This document shows, piece by piece, positions 24,991 to 38,037 of a DNA stretch of 64,000 nt. Where the stretch lies: assembly GCF_004010195.1 (NCBI RefSeq), contig NC_057756.1, forward strand, positions 7,005,095 through 7,069,094. Reading direction: 5' to 3'. Source of the stretch: Chiloscyllium plagiosum (lineage: Eukaryota). Position 1 is the first letter of the stretch; each line of letters opens with the position of its first letter. A program made the position numbers and the translations under genes. The notes below the pieces were generated by a model that saw nothing but the letters and a program-made list of their open reading frames with translations, did no database searches and was not told where the DNA came from.

Positions 24991-27635
24991 CCCCAGGGAT
25001 TCCTCAGCTTTTACTCCCGTTCATTCCCCCAGCGCTTTTAAAAAAGTTCCTCCTTCCTAACAGACCATTGCATCGCTAACATTTCTGGGAAGGTTTTATG
25101 TCTTTTTCTCTGAAGTTCAAACTAACATAGTTGATTAATTACTCCATCCTTCCCTTGCCCTCCTTGATCAAATCTCCTGTAAAGGGCCTTCATTTGTTTT
25201 CCACCAGACTTTTCCTTTTTACATGCATACAGAAGCTCTTACTGCCTGGTTTTACATTACGTGCAGGTTTAGCCTCATGCTCTGTTTGTTGAGTGAGACT
25301 GGAAGGTTTTATCTTAATAAACTACTTGATGCGCCATTATTGAAATCTAAGTTACCCCCATCCTTCAAACTTCAAGACCTACAATGTTCAGGCAGACTAA
25401 ACAGCATCTTTTATTGAATATATGTTCTGCCATAGTTAAACTCATACTCATAGAATTGTATAGTGCAGAATAAAACCCTTTAGCCTAACTTGTCCATGCT
25501 GACCCAATATCAGATTAGATTCCCTACAGCGTGGAAACAGGCACTTTGGCCCAACCAGTCCATACTGACCCTCCGAAGAGTAACCCACCCAGTCCCATTT
25601 CCCTCTGACTAATGTACCTAACACTATTGGCAATTTAGCCTGGCCAATTCACTTGACCTGCACATATTTGGACTGTGGGAGGAAACCAGAGCACCTGGAG
25701 GAAACCCACGCAGACACGGGGAGAATGTGCAAACTCCACACAGACAGTCGCCTGAGGCTGGAATCGAACCTGGGACCCTGGTGCTGTGAGGCAGCAGTAT
25801 TAACCACTGCACCATTGTGCCACCCTAAATTTGTCTAGTTTCATTTTTAAGCACTTGGCCCGTATCTCTCTAAACCATCCTGTTCATGTACCCATCCAGA
25901 TACCTTTGTAATTGTATCAACCTTCATGACCTCCTATGGCAGCTCTTTCCATACATGCACCACCCTCGATATGACCCTCAGGTCCCTTTTAAATCATTCC
26001 CCTCTCACCTTAAAACTCTGCCACCTAGCTTTGGACTCGCATTAAGCTGTGGAAACGACTTTGTCCATTCACCCTATCCGTGCCCCTCATGACCTTAGAA
26101 AGCTCTGACAGGTCACCCCTCAGACCCCGATGCTCCATGGAAAACAGCCCCGGCCTATTTAGCTTCTCCCAATAGCTCAAACCCGCAACATCCTTTCAAA
26201 TTTCCCAACATCCTTCCTAGAGCAGGGAGACCAGCATTGAATGCTGTATCAGGTTTATCCCTGGGAATGACCTCTGTTGGTTTACCATCACTGTTCACTT
26301 GAACAGTTATTTTGCATTGTTTGTTCACGCTATCGAATGCTGTCTCTGAGCTCCACTTGATGTCAGGGTTTGACCTTTGACTTTGTTCATGCCGATTTAC
26401 TGCATTTCTCTTCACCCCCCCCCCCCCCCCCCCCGACCCTGAGACCTGGGGACAAACATCCCGAGGGCATTGGTGGGAAGGCTTGTGGAAATCTATAGAA
26501 GGAACCACAGTCTGCTTTTCCAAATAAGAATCTGTACCAGATGTTGGTGGTTACAGTTTACATTCCTAACTGTTTCTCTTGGCTTTGTTTCAAGAGTATT
26601 TACATTTTCAGACACCCAAAGTATTTGTTTTGCAACAGAGGCTTTGGATGGATGGCACACATAAAGCTCCTGCAATACAAAGGGCAGATTTGTTTTTAAT
26701 AGACTCCCTACAGTGTATTCGGCCCTTTGAGTTCGCAAACAACCTTGCATTCCATCCAGACCCACCCTAGCCCTGTGACCCTGCATTCTCCATGGCTAAT
26801 CCACCCAGCCTGCACTTCCCTAGACAATTTCCCACGGCAAGTCCATTTAAGCGACACATCTCCGTAACACTAAGGGCGATTGAGCATGGCCAATCCACTG
26901 AACCTGCACATCTTAGGACTGAGGGAGGAAACCCATGGGGGCAGAATCTGCAGACTCCACCCAGGCATCTGCCTGAGAGTGGAATCGACCCTGTGTCTCT
27001 GGAGCTGTGAGACAGCAGTGCTAACCACTGAGTCACCGATATCTACAAACATAACATTCACAATAAGAATGACTGGCGTTCCTTACTTGGTTGAATTCGA
27101 GCCTTTGGTAATGTGATTGGATCTGATGAGTTTTTTTTACTACTCTTTCTTGGGATGTGGGTATGACTGGCAAGGCTACCATCAAGTGTCCATCCATAAT
27201 TGCCCCTTGGTGGCTTGCTCAGTCAACGTGGATGGTCTAGAGTCACATTCTGACAGACTGGGTGCAAGATTAGGACAGCAGAATTATAATTCATGTGGAC
27301 TCAAGTGCAAAGGTGCAGGAGGACAATGAAAGGTGTACAGTGTCGCCACACATGACACCATCTTAGGTACAAAGTGCCCAGTTACAAAAGAGAGTCCCTC
27401 AATAGACTGTGGTTGCTCCATGCAAGGGGGATTTCCATACATGGTCTCGCTCTCCCCCAACGCTAGGCCAAACTCAACTGTGCTCACAAGCCACTGGTCG
27501 CCATCTGTGACAGGCTAACCACCCCGGGCCCAGTCCGCACTCAACCCTGCTCCAGAGAAGGGTTACCAGGATGTTGCCTGGTCTGGAGGGCTTCAGTTAC
27601 AAAGAGAGGTTGAGGGCAGCATGGTGGCTCAGAGG

Positions 27636-28534
27636 TTCAAAGTTTGTGAGAAGATTTGTAGCTCGGGTGCTCGTTGTTGTGGTTCTATTCGCCGAGCTGG
27701 GAATTTGTGTTGCAGACATTTCGTCCTCTGTCTAGGTGACATCCTTAGTACTTGGGAGCCTCCTGTGAAGCGCTTCTGTGATCTTTCCTCTGGCATTTAT
27801 AGTGGTTTGAATCTGCCACTTCCGGTTGTCGGTTCCAGCTGTCCACTGCAGTGGCCGGTATATTGGGTCCAGGTCGATGTGCTTATTTATTGAATCTGTG
27901 GAAGAGTGCCATACCTCTAGGAATTCCCTGGTTGTTCTCTGTTTGGTTTATCCTATAATAGTAGTGTTGTCCCAGTCGAATTCAGATGACAAGCAACATG
28001 AATTCGACTGGGACAACACTACTATTATAGCTGAAAAATGTGTTGCTGGAACAGCGCAGCAGTCTCTGACGCTGCGAGGCAGCAGTGCTAACCACTGTAC
28101 CACCGTGCCGCCCACGACAAGCAACATGAATTCGACTGGGACAACACTACTATTATAGCTGAAAAATGTGTTGCTGGAACAGCGCAGCAGGTCAGGCAGC
28201 ATCCAGGGAACAAGAGAGTCGATGTTTCGGGCAAAAAACCCTTACTACTATTATAGGACAAGCCAAACAGAGAACAGCCAGGGAATTCCTAGAGGCATGG
28301 CACTCATCCACAGATTCAATCAATAAGCACATCGATCTGGACCCAATATACCGACCATTGCAACGGAGAGCTGGAACTGACAACCGGAAGTGGCAGAGAC
28401 AAACCACTATAAATGCCGGAGGAAAGATCACAGAAGCGCTTCACAGGAGGCTCCCAAGCACTGAGGATGTCACCTAGACAGGGGACGAAATGTCTGCAAC
28501 ACAAATTCCCAGCTCGGCGAACAGAACCACAACA
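27636..28534. mobile_element. Inverted Penelope insertion (second family) inside an HE1 SINE head
   Basis: HEFDWDNTTIIGQAKQRTAREFLEAWH...INKH on both strands. TSD gtggctcagagg at 27624-27635 and 28535-28546. Confidence 0.85.
28458..28497 (+). ncRNA. Hammerhead motif of a second PLE family
   Basis: GCA CTGAGGA tGTC...GAC GAAA tGTC TGC. Lies just 3' of GIY-YIG C-terminal coding sequence. Confidence 0.65.
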
Positions 28535-29893
28535 GTGGCTCAGAGGGTTAGCACTGCTGCCTCACAGCACTAGGGGCCCAGGTTCAATTCCCGCCTCAGG
28601 CGACTGTCTGTATGGGGTTGCATGTTCTCTCCATGTCTGCGTGAGTTTCCTCCGTGTGCTCCGGTTTCCTCCCACAGTCCAAAGATATGCAGGTTAGGGT
28701 GAATTGACCATGCTAAATTGCTCCATAGTGTTCAGGAATGTGCAGGTTAGGGTCGATTGACCATGCTAAATTGTCCCATAGTGCCCAGGGATGTGCACGT
28801 TAGGGTGGATTAGCCATATTAACTTGTTCCATAGTGTTGAGGGATGTGTAGGTTAGGTGCATTAGTGAGGGGTAAATGCAGAGGAATGGGTCGGGGTGGG
28901 TTACTCTTCAGAGGGCCAGTGTGGACTTGTTGGGACAAATGGTCTGTTTCCACTCTGTAGAGATTCTATGACATTCAGCCGTTGGGTCTGCGCCAACTCT
29001 CTGAGTGGGTGATACACTCAGTGCCATTACTCTCCCTTTAACACTGCGCCTTCTTCCTTTTCAGAGAATTCCCATTCCCTGTTCAATGTGTCAGTTGAAG
29101 ATGCCACCAATATCATCAGTCAACCCTTTGATGTACTTCCAGCTTTGTGACACATCATCCTCTCAGGTGGAGTGCACTCAATGCCCTTCACTGCTGACAT
29201 AGAGTGGCAACAGTGTGTACCATCTACAAGATGCACTGCACTAACTCAACTAGGCTCCTCCAATAGCACCTTCCACAGGCATGACCTCTAACAATTAGAA
29301 GAACATGGGGCAGCAGATATATGGGACCATCACCCCTTGCAAATTCTCTGGAGCTCCATACTACTGTGGTTTACAGCTACAGAACTGTTCCTTCAGTGTT
29401 GCTTAATGAAAGGTCTGCAACTTCCCTTCCCTGGCAGGACTGTGAGTGTCCTTAAACCACAAACACAGCAGCAGTTCACCCTCATCTCCTCAGGCCAATT
29501 CATAAAATCCCCACAGCGGGGAAGCAGGCCATTTGGCCCTTCCACAGAGCATCCCATCCAGTCAAACCCCATCCTATTCCTGTAACCCTGCCTTTCCTTG
29601 CAGCTAATTTGCCCAGCCTGCACATCCCTAGATGCTACGGGACAACTTAGCATGGCCAATCTGCCTAACCTGCACATCTGTGGACCAGGGGAGGAATCCC
29701 ACGCAGATGTAGAGAGAACGTGCAAACTCCACACAGGCAGTTGCCCGAGGGTGGAACCGAACCCGCGCCCCTGGCGCTGTGAGGTAGCAGTGCTAACCAC
29801 TGAGCCACCAGTGCTGACGTTAAGCTTGTGCGACCTTAAGCAGGATTGCTTTCCCTGACTAACCATCATGTTTTTTTTATCTCTTCGTCTCAG

Positions 29894-30172
29894 AAGACAT
29901 TTCAAAACCAGAGATTACAGCCAATGCTTCGCCACTGGTGGAGCACAATGGCACAGCAGTCCTGACGTGTGGTGTATCTGGCAGTTGGCACTCCCTGAAG
30001 TGGAGCAGGGACCAGAATGCACTGCTGCCCAGTGAAAATGTGGAACTTTCGGACAGGAACAAGACATTAACCATCAAAGCCGTGAACAGATCCGACGCAG
30101 GGAATTACACTTGCACAGTGGAGAGTCTGATCAGTAGCAAGGAGAGTGACCCATTCCCACTGGTCATTTACT
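29894..30172 (+). CDS. Gene A, IgC2 A-type exon A3
   Basis: cgtctcag| ... |gtgagt, 279 nt. Reads EDISKPEIT...VLTC...LKW...DAGNYTC. Confidence 0.93.
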
Positions 30173-30855
30173 GTGAGTACCTGACATTATTTGTGACGGA
30201 ATGACTGCTGGTGTCGGTGTAATTCCAAGTGATGCTGGAAAAACACAGCAGGTCAGGCAGCATCTGAGGAGCAGGAAAATTGACGTTTCGGGCAAAAGTC
30301 CTTCATCAGGCTTTTGGCCGAAACATCGATTTCCCTGCTCCTCAGATGTCTCTTCTGGAGTACTGTGAATAGTTCTGGTTGGCCATCATTAAGCTGGAGA
30401 GGGTTCAGAAGACATTTCCCAGTATGTTGCAGTGAATGGAGGGTTTGAGTTATAGGGTTAGGCTGGGAATCTTTCACTGAAGCTTAGGAGGTTGAGGGGT
30501 GACTGTATAGAGGTTTGTAAAATCATGAGGGATATAGATGAGGTGAATGGTAGATGTCTTTTTCCTAGGGTGAGAGGGTTTCAAGACTGGGAGATTTTTT
30601 TTTAAGGTGAGAGGAGAAAGATTTTAAAAAGACATGAGGGGCAATTATTTTACACAGAGAGTGTGTGTCAAATAGACTTCCAGAGGAAGTGGATGATGCG
30701 GGTACAGATGCAATTTTTAAAAGATATTTGGCTAAGTTCATGAATAAGAAATATTTGGAGAGACACGAGTCAAGCACAGGCAGGTGCGACCAGTTTAGTT
30801 TGGAATTATGGTCAACATGGACTGGTTGGACCAAAGGGTCTGTTTCCATGCTGTA

Positions 30856-30935
30856 TAGAACATAGAACATAGAACATAGAACATAGAACATAGAACATAG
30901 AACATAGAACATAGAACATAGATAGAACATAGAAC
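30856..30935. repeat. (CATAGAA)n heptamer microsatellite = CR1 3' tail
   Basis: About 11 tandem units read directly from the sequence. Confidence 0.9.
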
Positions 30936-31344
30936 AATACAGCACAGAACAGGCCCTTCGGCCCACGACGTTGTGCCGAACTTCTAACCTAGATTAAGTA
31001 CCCATCCATGTACCTATCCAAATGCCGCTTAAAGGTCGCCAATGATTCCGACTCTACCACTCCCACGGGCAGCGCATTCCATGCCCCCACCACTCTCTGG
31101 GTAAAGAACCCACCCCTGACATCTCCCCTATACCTTCCACCCTTCACCTTAAATTTATGTCCCCTTGTAACACTCTGTTGTACCCGGGGAAAAAGTTTCT
31201 GACTGTCTACTCTATCTATTCCTCTGATCATCTTATAAACCTCTACCAAGTCACCCCTCATCCTTCGCCGTTCCAACGAGAAAAGGCCGAGAACTCTCAA
31301 ACTATCCTCGTACGACTTCCTCTCCATTCCAGGAAACATCCTGG

Positions 31345-32286
31345 NNNNNNNNNNNNNNNNNNNNNNNNNNNNNNNNNNNNNNNNNNNNNNNNNNNNNNNN
31401 NNNNNNNNNNNNNNNNNNNNNNNNNNNNNNNNNNNNNNNNNNNNNNNNNNNNNNNNNNNNNNNNNNNNNNNNNNNNNNNNNNNNNNNNNNNNNNNNNNNN
31501 NNNNNNNNNNNNNNNNNNNNNNNNNNNNNNNNNNNNNNNNNNNNNNNNNNNNNNNNNNNNNNNNNNNNNNNNNNNNNNNNNNNNNNNNNNNNNNNNNNNN
31601 NNNNNNNNNNNNNNNNNNNNNNNNNNNNNNNNNNNNNNNNNNNNNNNNNNNNNNNNNNNNNNNNNNNNNNNNNNNNNNNNNNNNNNNNNNNNNNNNNNNN
31701 NNNNNNNNNNNNNNNNNNNNNNNNNNNNNNNNNNNNNNNNNNNNNNNNNNNNNNNNNNNNNNNNNNNNNNNNNNNNNNNNNNNNNNNNNNNNNNNNNNNN
31801 NNNNNNNNNNNNNNNNNNNNNNNNNNNNNNNNNNNNNNNNNNNNNNNNNNNNNNNNNNNNNNNNNNNNNNNNNNNNNNNNNNNNNNNNNNNNNNNNNNNN
31901 NNNNNNNNNNNNNNNNNNNNNNNNNNNNNNNNNNNNNNNNNNNNNNNNNNNNNNNNNNNNNNNNNNNNNNNNNNNNNNNNNNNNNNNNNNNNNNNNNNNN
32001 NNNNNNNNNNNNNNNNNNNNNNNNNNNNNNNNNNNNNNNNNNNNNNNNNNNNNNNNNNNNNNNNNNNNNNNNNNNNNNNNNNNNNNNNNNNNNNNNNNNN
32101 NNNNNNNNNNNNNNNNNNNNNNNNNNNNNNNNNNNNNNNNNNNNNNNNNNNNNNNNNNNNNNNNNNNNNNNNNNNNNNNNNNNNNNNNNNNNNNNNNNNN
32201 NNNNNNNNNNNNNNNNNNNNNNNNNNNNNNNNNNNNNNNNNNNNNNNNNNNNNNNNNNNNNNNNNNNNNNNNNNNNNNNNNNNNNN
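31345..32286. other. Assembly gap (N run). Others at 55248-55858 and 63308-63688
   Basis: N characters. All three gaps lie in or between young CR1 copies. Confidence 0.99.
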
Positions 32287-34217
32287 CAGTGAAGATGAAA
32301 AGATCATTGCCAACGGTTCTGCAATTTCCTCTCTTGCTTCCCACATAATCCTAGGATATATCCCGTCAGGCCCGGGGGACTTGTCTCTCCTCAAGTTGTT
32401 CAAAATGTCCAACACATCTTCCTTCCTAACAGGTATCTCTTCTAGCTTACCAGTCCATTTCACACTCTCCTCTTCTACAATACGGTCCCTCTCGTTCGTA
32501 AATACTGAAGAGAGGTACTTGTTCAAGACCTCTCCTATCTCTTCCGACTCAATACACAGTCTCCCACTACTGTCCTTGATCGGACCTACCCTCGTTCTCG
32601 TCATTCTCAGGTTTCTCACATACGCATAAAATGCCTTGGGGTTATCCTTGGTCCTATCCGCCAACGATTTTTCATGCCCTCTCTTAGCTCTCCTAATCCC
32701 TTTCTTCAGGTCCTTTCTGGCTATCCTGTATCCCTCCACTGCTCTGTCTGAGTCCTGTTTCCTCAATCTTATGTAAGCCTCCTTCTTTCTCTTCACAAGA
32801 CATTCAACCTCCCTCGTCAACCAAGGTTCCCTCACACGACCATTTCTTTCCTGCCTGATAGGTACATACATATCATGGACACGTCGTATCTGCTCTTTGA
32901 AGAAGTTCCACATTTCCACCACATCCTTCCCTGTCAGCCTATGCTCCCAACGTATGCTCCTCAAATCCTGCCTTACTGCATCGTAATTTCCCTTCCCCCA
33001 ATTATAAAATCTACCTTGTTGTGCGCACCTATCTCTCTCCATAACCAAGGTGAAAGTCACAGAATTGTGGTCACCATCACCAAAATGTTCACCCACTAAC
33101 ATGCCCATCACTTGTCCCGGTTCATTACCGAGTACCAAATCCAATATGGCCTCCCCTCTGGTTGGACAATCTACATACTGCGTTAGAAAAGCTTCCTGGA
33201 CACACTGCGCAAACACCGCCCCATCCAATCTACTTGATCTAAAGAGCTTCCAATCAATATTTGGGAAGTTGAAGTCGCCCATGACTACGACCCTGTGGCT
33301 TCTGCACCTTTCCAAAATCTGTTTCCCAATCTGTTTCTCCACATCTCTGCTGCTATTGGGGGGGCTATAGTAAACACCCAACAAGGTGACTGCACCTTTC
33401 CTATTTCTGACTTCAGCCCATACTACCTCCAGAGGCAGATCCCCCTCAAACTTCCTTTCTGCAGCCGTTATACCATTTCTAATTAGCAATGCCACCCCCC
33501 CTCCTTTTTTCCCACCCTCCCTAATCTTACTGAAACACCTGTAACCAGGAACCTCCAACAGCCATTCCTGTCCCACATCTATCCACTCTAATGACTCTAA
33601 TGAATCTGTTGTATGAAGCTGTTATCAATAATAGTAAGCATGAAGCTATCACTAGAATTGTAGTGATATTGAACTGCAGAAGCAGGCCATTCAGCCCATC
33701 AAGCCCACATCAATCCTCCAAAAAGTATCCCCCTATCCCAGTAACTCTGCATTTCCCAAACTTACATATCCCTGGACACTATGGGCAATTTAGCAGTGCC
33801 GAATCCCCCAAACCTGCACATCTTTGGATCATGGGAGGAAACTGGAGTACCCAGAAAAAAAACTCATGCAGAGAACACCCAAACTCACACAGTCAGTCAC
33901 CTGAGGGTGGGATTGAACCCAGATCCCTAACACTGTGAGACAGCAGTGGTAACCACTGAACCACTTTATGATCGCTGCCATAAATTGACACTGATGTCCT
34001 TATCTGGTTTGTCCGACCAACAATTCCCAATTCCCAACAATGCAATCGATCCTCTGAATGGTCCAGAAAGCCTCTCAGTTGAAGGTGAGTTAGGAATAGC
34101 AACACGTGCTGGGCTTGTTCATGAAAGAATAAGGAAAGGCTGTTAAATGTTATTCCGCAGTCATCAGACACCCAGCTAAAGAATGTTGTCTCACACCCAC
34201 ATTCGTAATGGTTGCAG

Positions 34218-34481
34218 ATGGACCAGATGAAGCCCAGATTGTAATAACATCCAAAGAGCAAAAAGTCTCTTATGGAGCCAACGTTACTCTGGAGTGCAAA
34301 GTCGAATCGTTTCCGCCCTCGAAATACAAATGGTTCTTGAATGGAGAAGAGCTCCCGCAAAATGAAAAGGTATTGGTCGTCAGCAACATTACCCAGGGCA
34401 ACTCTGGAAATTACACTTGTCAGGGCTACAATGTCCAAACCAAAATGGAGAAAAAGAATACCATACATCTTTCTCCATTGG
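34218..34481 (+). CDS. Gene A, IgC2 B-type exon B3
   Basis: gttgcag| ... |gtaagt, 264 nt. Reads YGPDEAQI...LECKVESFPPSKYKW...NSGNYTC. Confidence 0.93.
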
Positions 34482-34885
34482 GTAAGTGTGAACTTCCTGT
34501 TGGTGTACCCTCGCGTGTTTTAATACAACCTGTGCATTGCCAAACCTTTTCATCTTGTGTGCAATTTCATGGAGAGCAACAATTCGTACTGCATGGGCAG
34601 GTCGCTAGGGGTAACCACTGGCGACTGACCAGAGTCAACACTCCATCCAATCAGCAGCCTTTTCTCATTTGGTGTAAATAGTTGCTCCCCTCAGAGTTTC
34701 TCGCATCTGCCCCGATCGTAACTTTTCAGCAGTTACTTTCCAGTGGCTTGCAACCATTGGGTCAAAGCGTTTCGAGTCCCATTATATATTCCCTATTCTG
34801 CACTGACATTGACCCTCTTCCTGAGAGCTTAAATATGTGTTGCTGGAAAAGCACAGCAGGTCAGGCAGCATCAAAGGAGCAGGAG

Positions 34886-34921
34886 ATTCGACGTTTCGGG
34901 CATAAGCCCTTCTTCAGGAAT
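34886..34921 (-). ncRNA. Minimal type I hammerhead ribozyme motif (PLE-associated), best-preserved copy
   Basis: ATTC CTGAAGA A GGGC-TTAT-GCCC GAAA CGTC GAAT: intact core boxes, 4-bp stems I and II, palindromic ACGT stem III. Confidence 0.8.
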
Positions 34922-35985
34922 TTCGATTCGTCGATTCTCCTGCTCCTTTGATGCTGCCTGACCTGCTGCGCTTTTCCAGCAGCACATTTTTAAGCTCTCA
35001 TCTCCAGCATCTGCAGTCCTCACTTCCTCAATCCCGGAGTTCCATTCCATCGCCTGGCACCATTTCACAAGAGGCAGCAGCAAGGGGGACGCATGACCCC
35101 AGAAACGTCTAATTCTCCAGAGCAAAACCGGAGAAGGCAGCCACAGCTGTGACGTTTTGTGTAAACTCCTGATGTCTTGGCCTGCTTCCTGAGGGCCCAG
35201 GCAAGTCAGGAGCTCTCACACAATGTTTATTTCCTTCCACCTCGCTGCCATAACCCATTCGAGATTTGACTCGGATGAAGCTGGTTTCAGTAATTCACAA
35301 GAAATTGGATGCTTAGATAGGGCTGACAGGTCAGAGTCTATTCCCCAGAGCCGGAATGTCTATTACTGGGCTCTGGGGTGGGGGTGCGTGTTTAAAGTGA
35401 GAGAGGGAGAGTGCAAAGGAGACTTGAGTTTTTAATGACACAGAGAGTGGTAGGGTGCTGTTAGCGCTGGTGATGGAGGCAGATACGATAGGGGCGTTTC
35501 AGAGAAACACACATGAATATGCAAGGGATGTGGACCAAAGGTGGGGCGGATGGGATTGGTTTAATTTGGTGTCATGTTCGATACAGCATGAAGGCCTGTT
35601 CGTGTACCGACCAGTTCCATGGCATAGTGGGAGCATTACCACTTAGTTTATTGATGGGTACCAACTTTTTTATGAATGTACAGGGAATGGGTGTCCTGCA
35701 AATAGATGTGAGTTTGTGTTTACACAAGAGAGCATGACTGTGGAGAGGTCATAATTTTTCCAAAAATTCCCCAAAGGAACGGCACGTTGGCCAAGTGCTG
35801 GCAAATGGGTCCAGGTTAGGTTAGGATATCTGGTCAGCATGGACGGGTCGGGGTCTGTCTCCGCGCTCGATGACTGTACCTTCGCTGCTTCTCAGTGTGA
35901 ATGCAGAGTTTGTTGGATGTTCCCTGAGTTCCTTCTCTTCCTTCACTGTCAGACTTGTGACAATGGTTTGTTTCCTCTCCGTTAG

Positions 35986-36093
35986 AATCAAATGATCTCG
36001 AAGACTATAAGAACAAGTCTTGGATTGCTGCGGCCGTGGTTGGCATCCTGGCCCTGATTGCGATCTGTGCCTGCATCATCTTCAAACAACGAG
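35986..36093 (+). CDS. Gene A, transmembrane exon
   Basis: tttcctctccgttag| ... |gtatgt, 108 nt, phase 1/1. Reads ESNDLEDYKNKSWIAAAVVGILALIAICACIIFKQR. This frame is absent from the ORF track. Confidence 0.88.
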
Positions 36094-36344
36094 GTATGTG
36101 ATTTTCAGTTTCCTCGAGATTCACCCAACAAACCAAAATTGCTGTCTGCTCGAGCAGGGTGCTGGAATATCCAAATCTATCTCTGAAGGCTGGGGGTGCG
36201 AACAGAACATCATCTCTCCAGGATTTTTCACAAATGCATTTTGCAGCCACTATTGCACTGCAGAAAAGGCAGTCCAGCGGTGGTGGTGTGGGGAGGATAC
36301 AAGAAACGAGAGTGGGAGTAGGGGGCACATGATCCGTTTGGAGC

Positions 36345-36880
36345 AGCACGGTGGCTCAATGGTTAGAACTGCCGCCTCCCAGCATTCTCCGGGCGACTGT
36401 CTGTGTGGAGTTTGCACATTCTCCCGTGTCTGTGTGGGTTTCCCCCGGGTGCTCCGGTTTCCTCCCACAGTCCAAAGATGTGCAGGTTAGTGTGGATTGT
36501 CCACGCTAAATTGCCCATAGTGTTCAGGGGTGTGCAGGTGAGGTTGGATTGGTCATGCTAAATTGTCCCATAGTGCCCAGGGATACGTAGGTTAGGGTGG
36601 ATTGGCCATGCTAAATTGTCCCATAGTGCCCAGGATGTGCAGGTTAGGGTGGATTGGCCATGCTAAATTGTCCCATAGTGTTCAGGAATGTGCAGGTTAG
36701 GGTGGATTGGCCATACTGAATTGTCCCATAGTGTTCAGGGATGTGTAGGTTAGGTGCATTAGTCAGGGGTAAATGCAGAGTAATAGGGTAGGGGAATGGG
36801 TCTGGGTGGGTTACTCGTCAGAGGATCGGTGTGGACTTGTTGAGCCAAATGGCCTATTCACACACTGTTGGGATTCGATG
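36345..36880 (+). repeat. HE1 SINE with ~5 tandem units, just after the gene A TM exon
   Basis: Same 53-bp unit. Confidence 0.8.
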
Positions 36881-37278
36881 AGTTGGTTCAGTCGGCCGGA
36901 TTTCTGGGTTTCATGATGCGAGGAGACACCAGAAATGTAGATGTCAATTCCTGCATTGGCTGAGGTTGGTGTGGAGTTTCTGAAAGGAGCCGGAGATGTG
37001 GTGAGCCCTCAGGGTGTCCCCACCCCATCATCAGTTGTTGCTTCCTAATGGGAGAGCAGGACGGTGATGACTTCACTTACCGTTCAACACCGGAATGGTC
37101 AATGTAGCCTTCACCTTGACGTTCCTGCCTATTCCCTACATCCTTTGATTCCCTGAGAGATGATAAAACCCCTCTCTCCACCCGATCTGTCTTCAACGAC
37201 GTGGGCTGGAGAGTTCCAGAAGATGTTTCTCCTCATCTCCCTCAAATTGATGAGCAAGTTCTCTTTGTAAACCAGAGT

Positions 37279-37795
37279 AAACCCACACACAGACACAGGG
37301 AGAACATGCAAACCCACACACAGACACAGGGAGAACATGCAAACCGACTCACAGACACAGGGAGAACATGCAAACCGACACACAGACACAGGGAGAACAT
37401 GCAAACCCACACACAGACACAGGGAGAACATGCAAACCGACACACAGACACAGGAAGAACATGCAAACCCACATCCAGACACAGGGAGAACATGCAAACG
37501 CACACACAGACACAGGGAGAACATGCAAACCGACTCACAGACACAGGGAGAACATGCAAACTGACACACAGATACAGGGAGAACATGCAAACCGACACAC
37601 AGACACAGGGAGAACATGCAAACCGACACACAGATACAGGGAGAACATACAAGCCCACACACAGACACAGGGGGAACATGCAAATCCACACACAGACACA
37701 GGGGGAACATGCAAATCCACACACAGACACAGGGAGAACATGCAAATCCACACACAGACACAGGGGGAACATGCAAATCCACACACAGACACAGG
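37279..37795. repeat. 31-bp minisatellite (~16-17 units) derived from the V-SINE core
   Basis: Unit aaacc(c/g)acacacagacacagggagaacatgc, the reverse complement of the HE1 V-domain segment. Confidence 0.9.
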
Positions 37796-38022
37796 AAGGA
37801 ATCTGCTATCGTGACCTGGTCTGGGCCTACATGTGATATACCCACAGCAATGTGCTTGCCTCTTAACTGCCCTCTGGGCAATTAGGGGTGAGTAATAAGT
37901 GCTGCCCTGGCCAATGGCTCCCTGATCCTGTGAATGAATAAAGCCAAAAATGCTATGAGGTGACCAATGTTCTGCCTGATTCCCCCGCCCAGTGAATGAT
38001 GTTTTTCCTTTCTGTCGGACAG

Positions 38023-38037
38023 GCAGCTAAGGTGTGA
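38023..38037 (+). CDS. Gene A, candidate terminal coding exon (GS* or AKV*, depending on the acceptor used)
   Basis: Pyrimidine tract gtttttcctttctgtcggacag|gcag| followed by an early stop in the incoming phase, then ~480 nt of unique sequence and AATAAA. Confidence 0.55.
   Translation, partial: AAKV

Larger units (their letters stand above)
30856..33585 (-). mobile_element. Young 5'-truncated CR1 LINE in the gene A intron between A3 and B3
   Basis: Uninterrupted APE-linker-RT start frame up to the gap, ORF2 C-terminus beyond it, (TTCTATG)n tail. Confidence 0.92.

Noticed and set aside
30989..33576. 451, 490 and 759 aa ORFs
   Set aside because: Inflated by the N gap. The real portions are CR1 ORF2 or its antisense.
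37129..37885. Long Cys/His-rich ORFs on both strands
   Set aside because: Artefacts of a stop-free 31-bp minisatellite, giving 31-aa periodicity.
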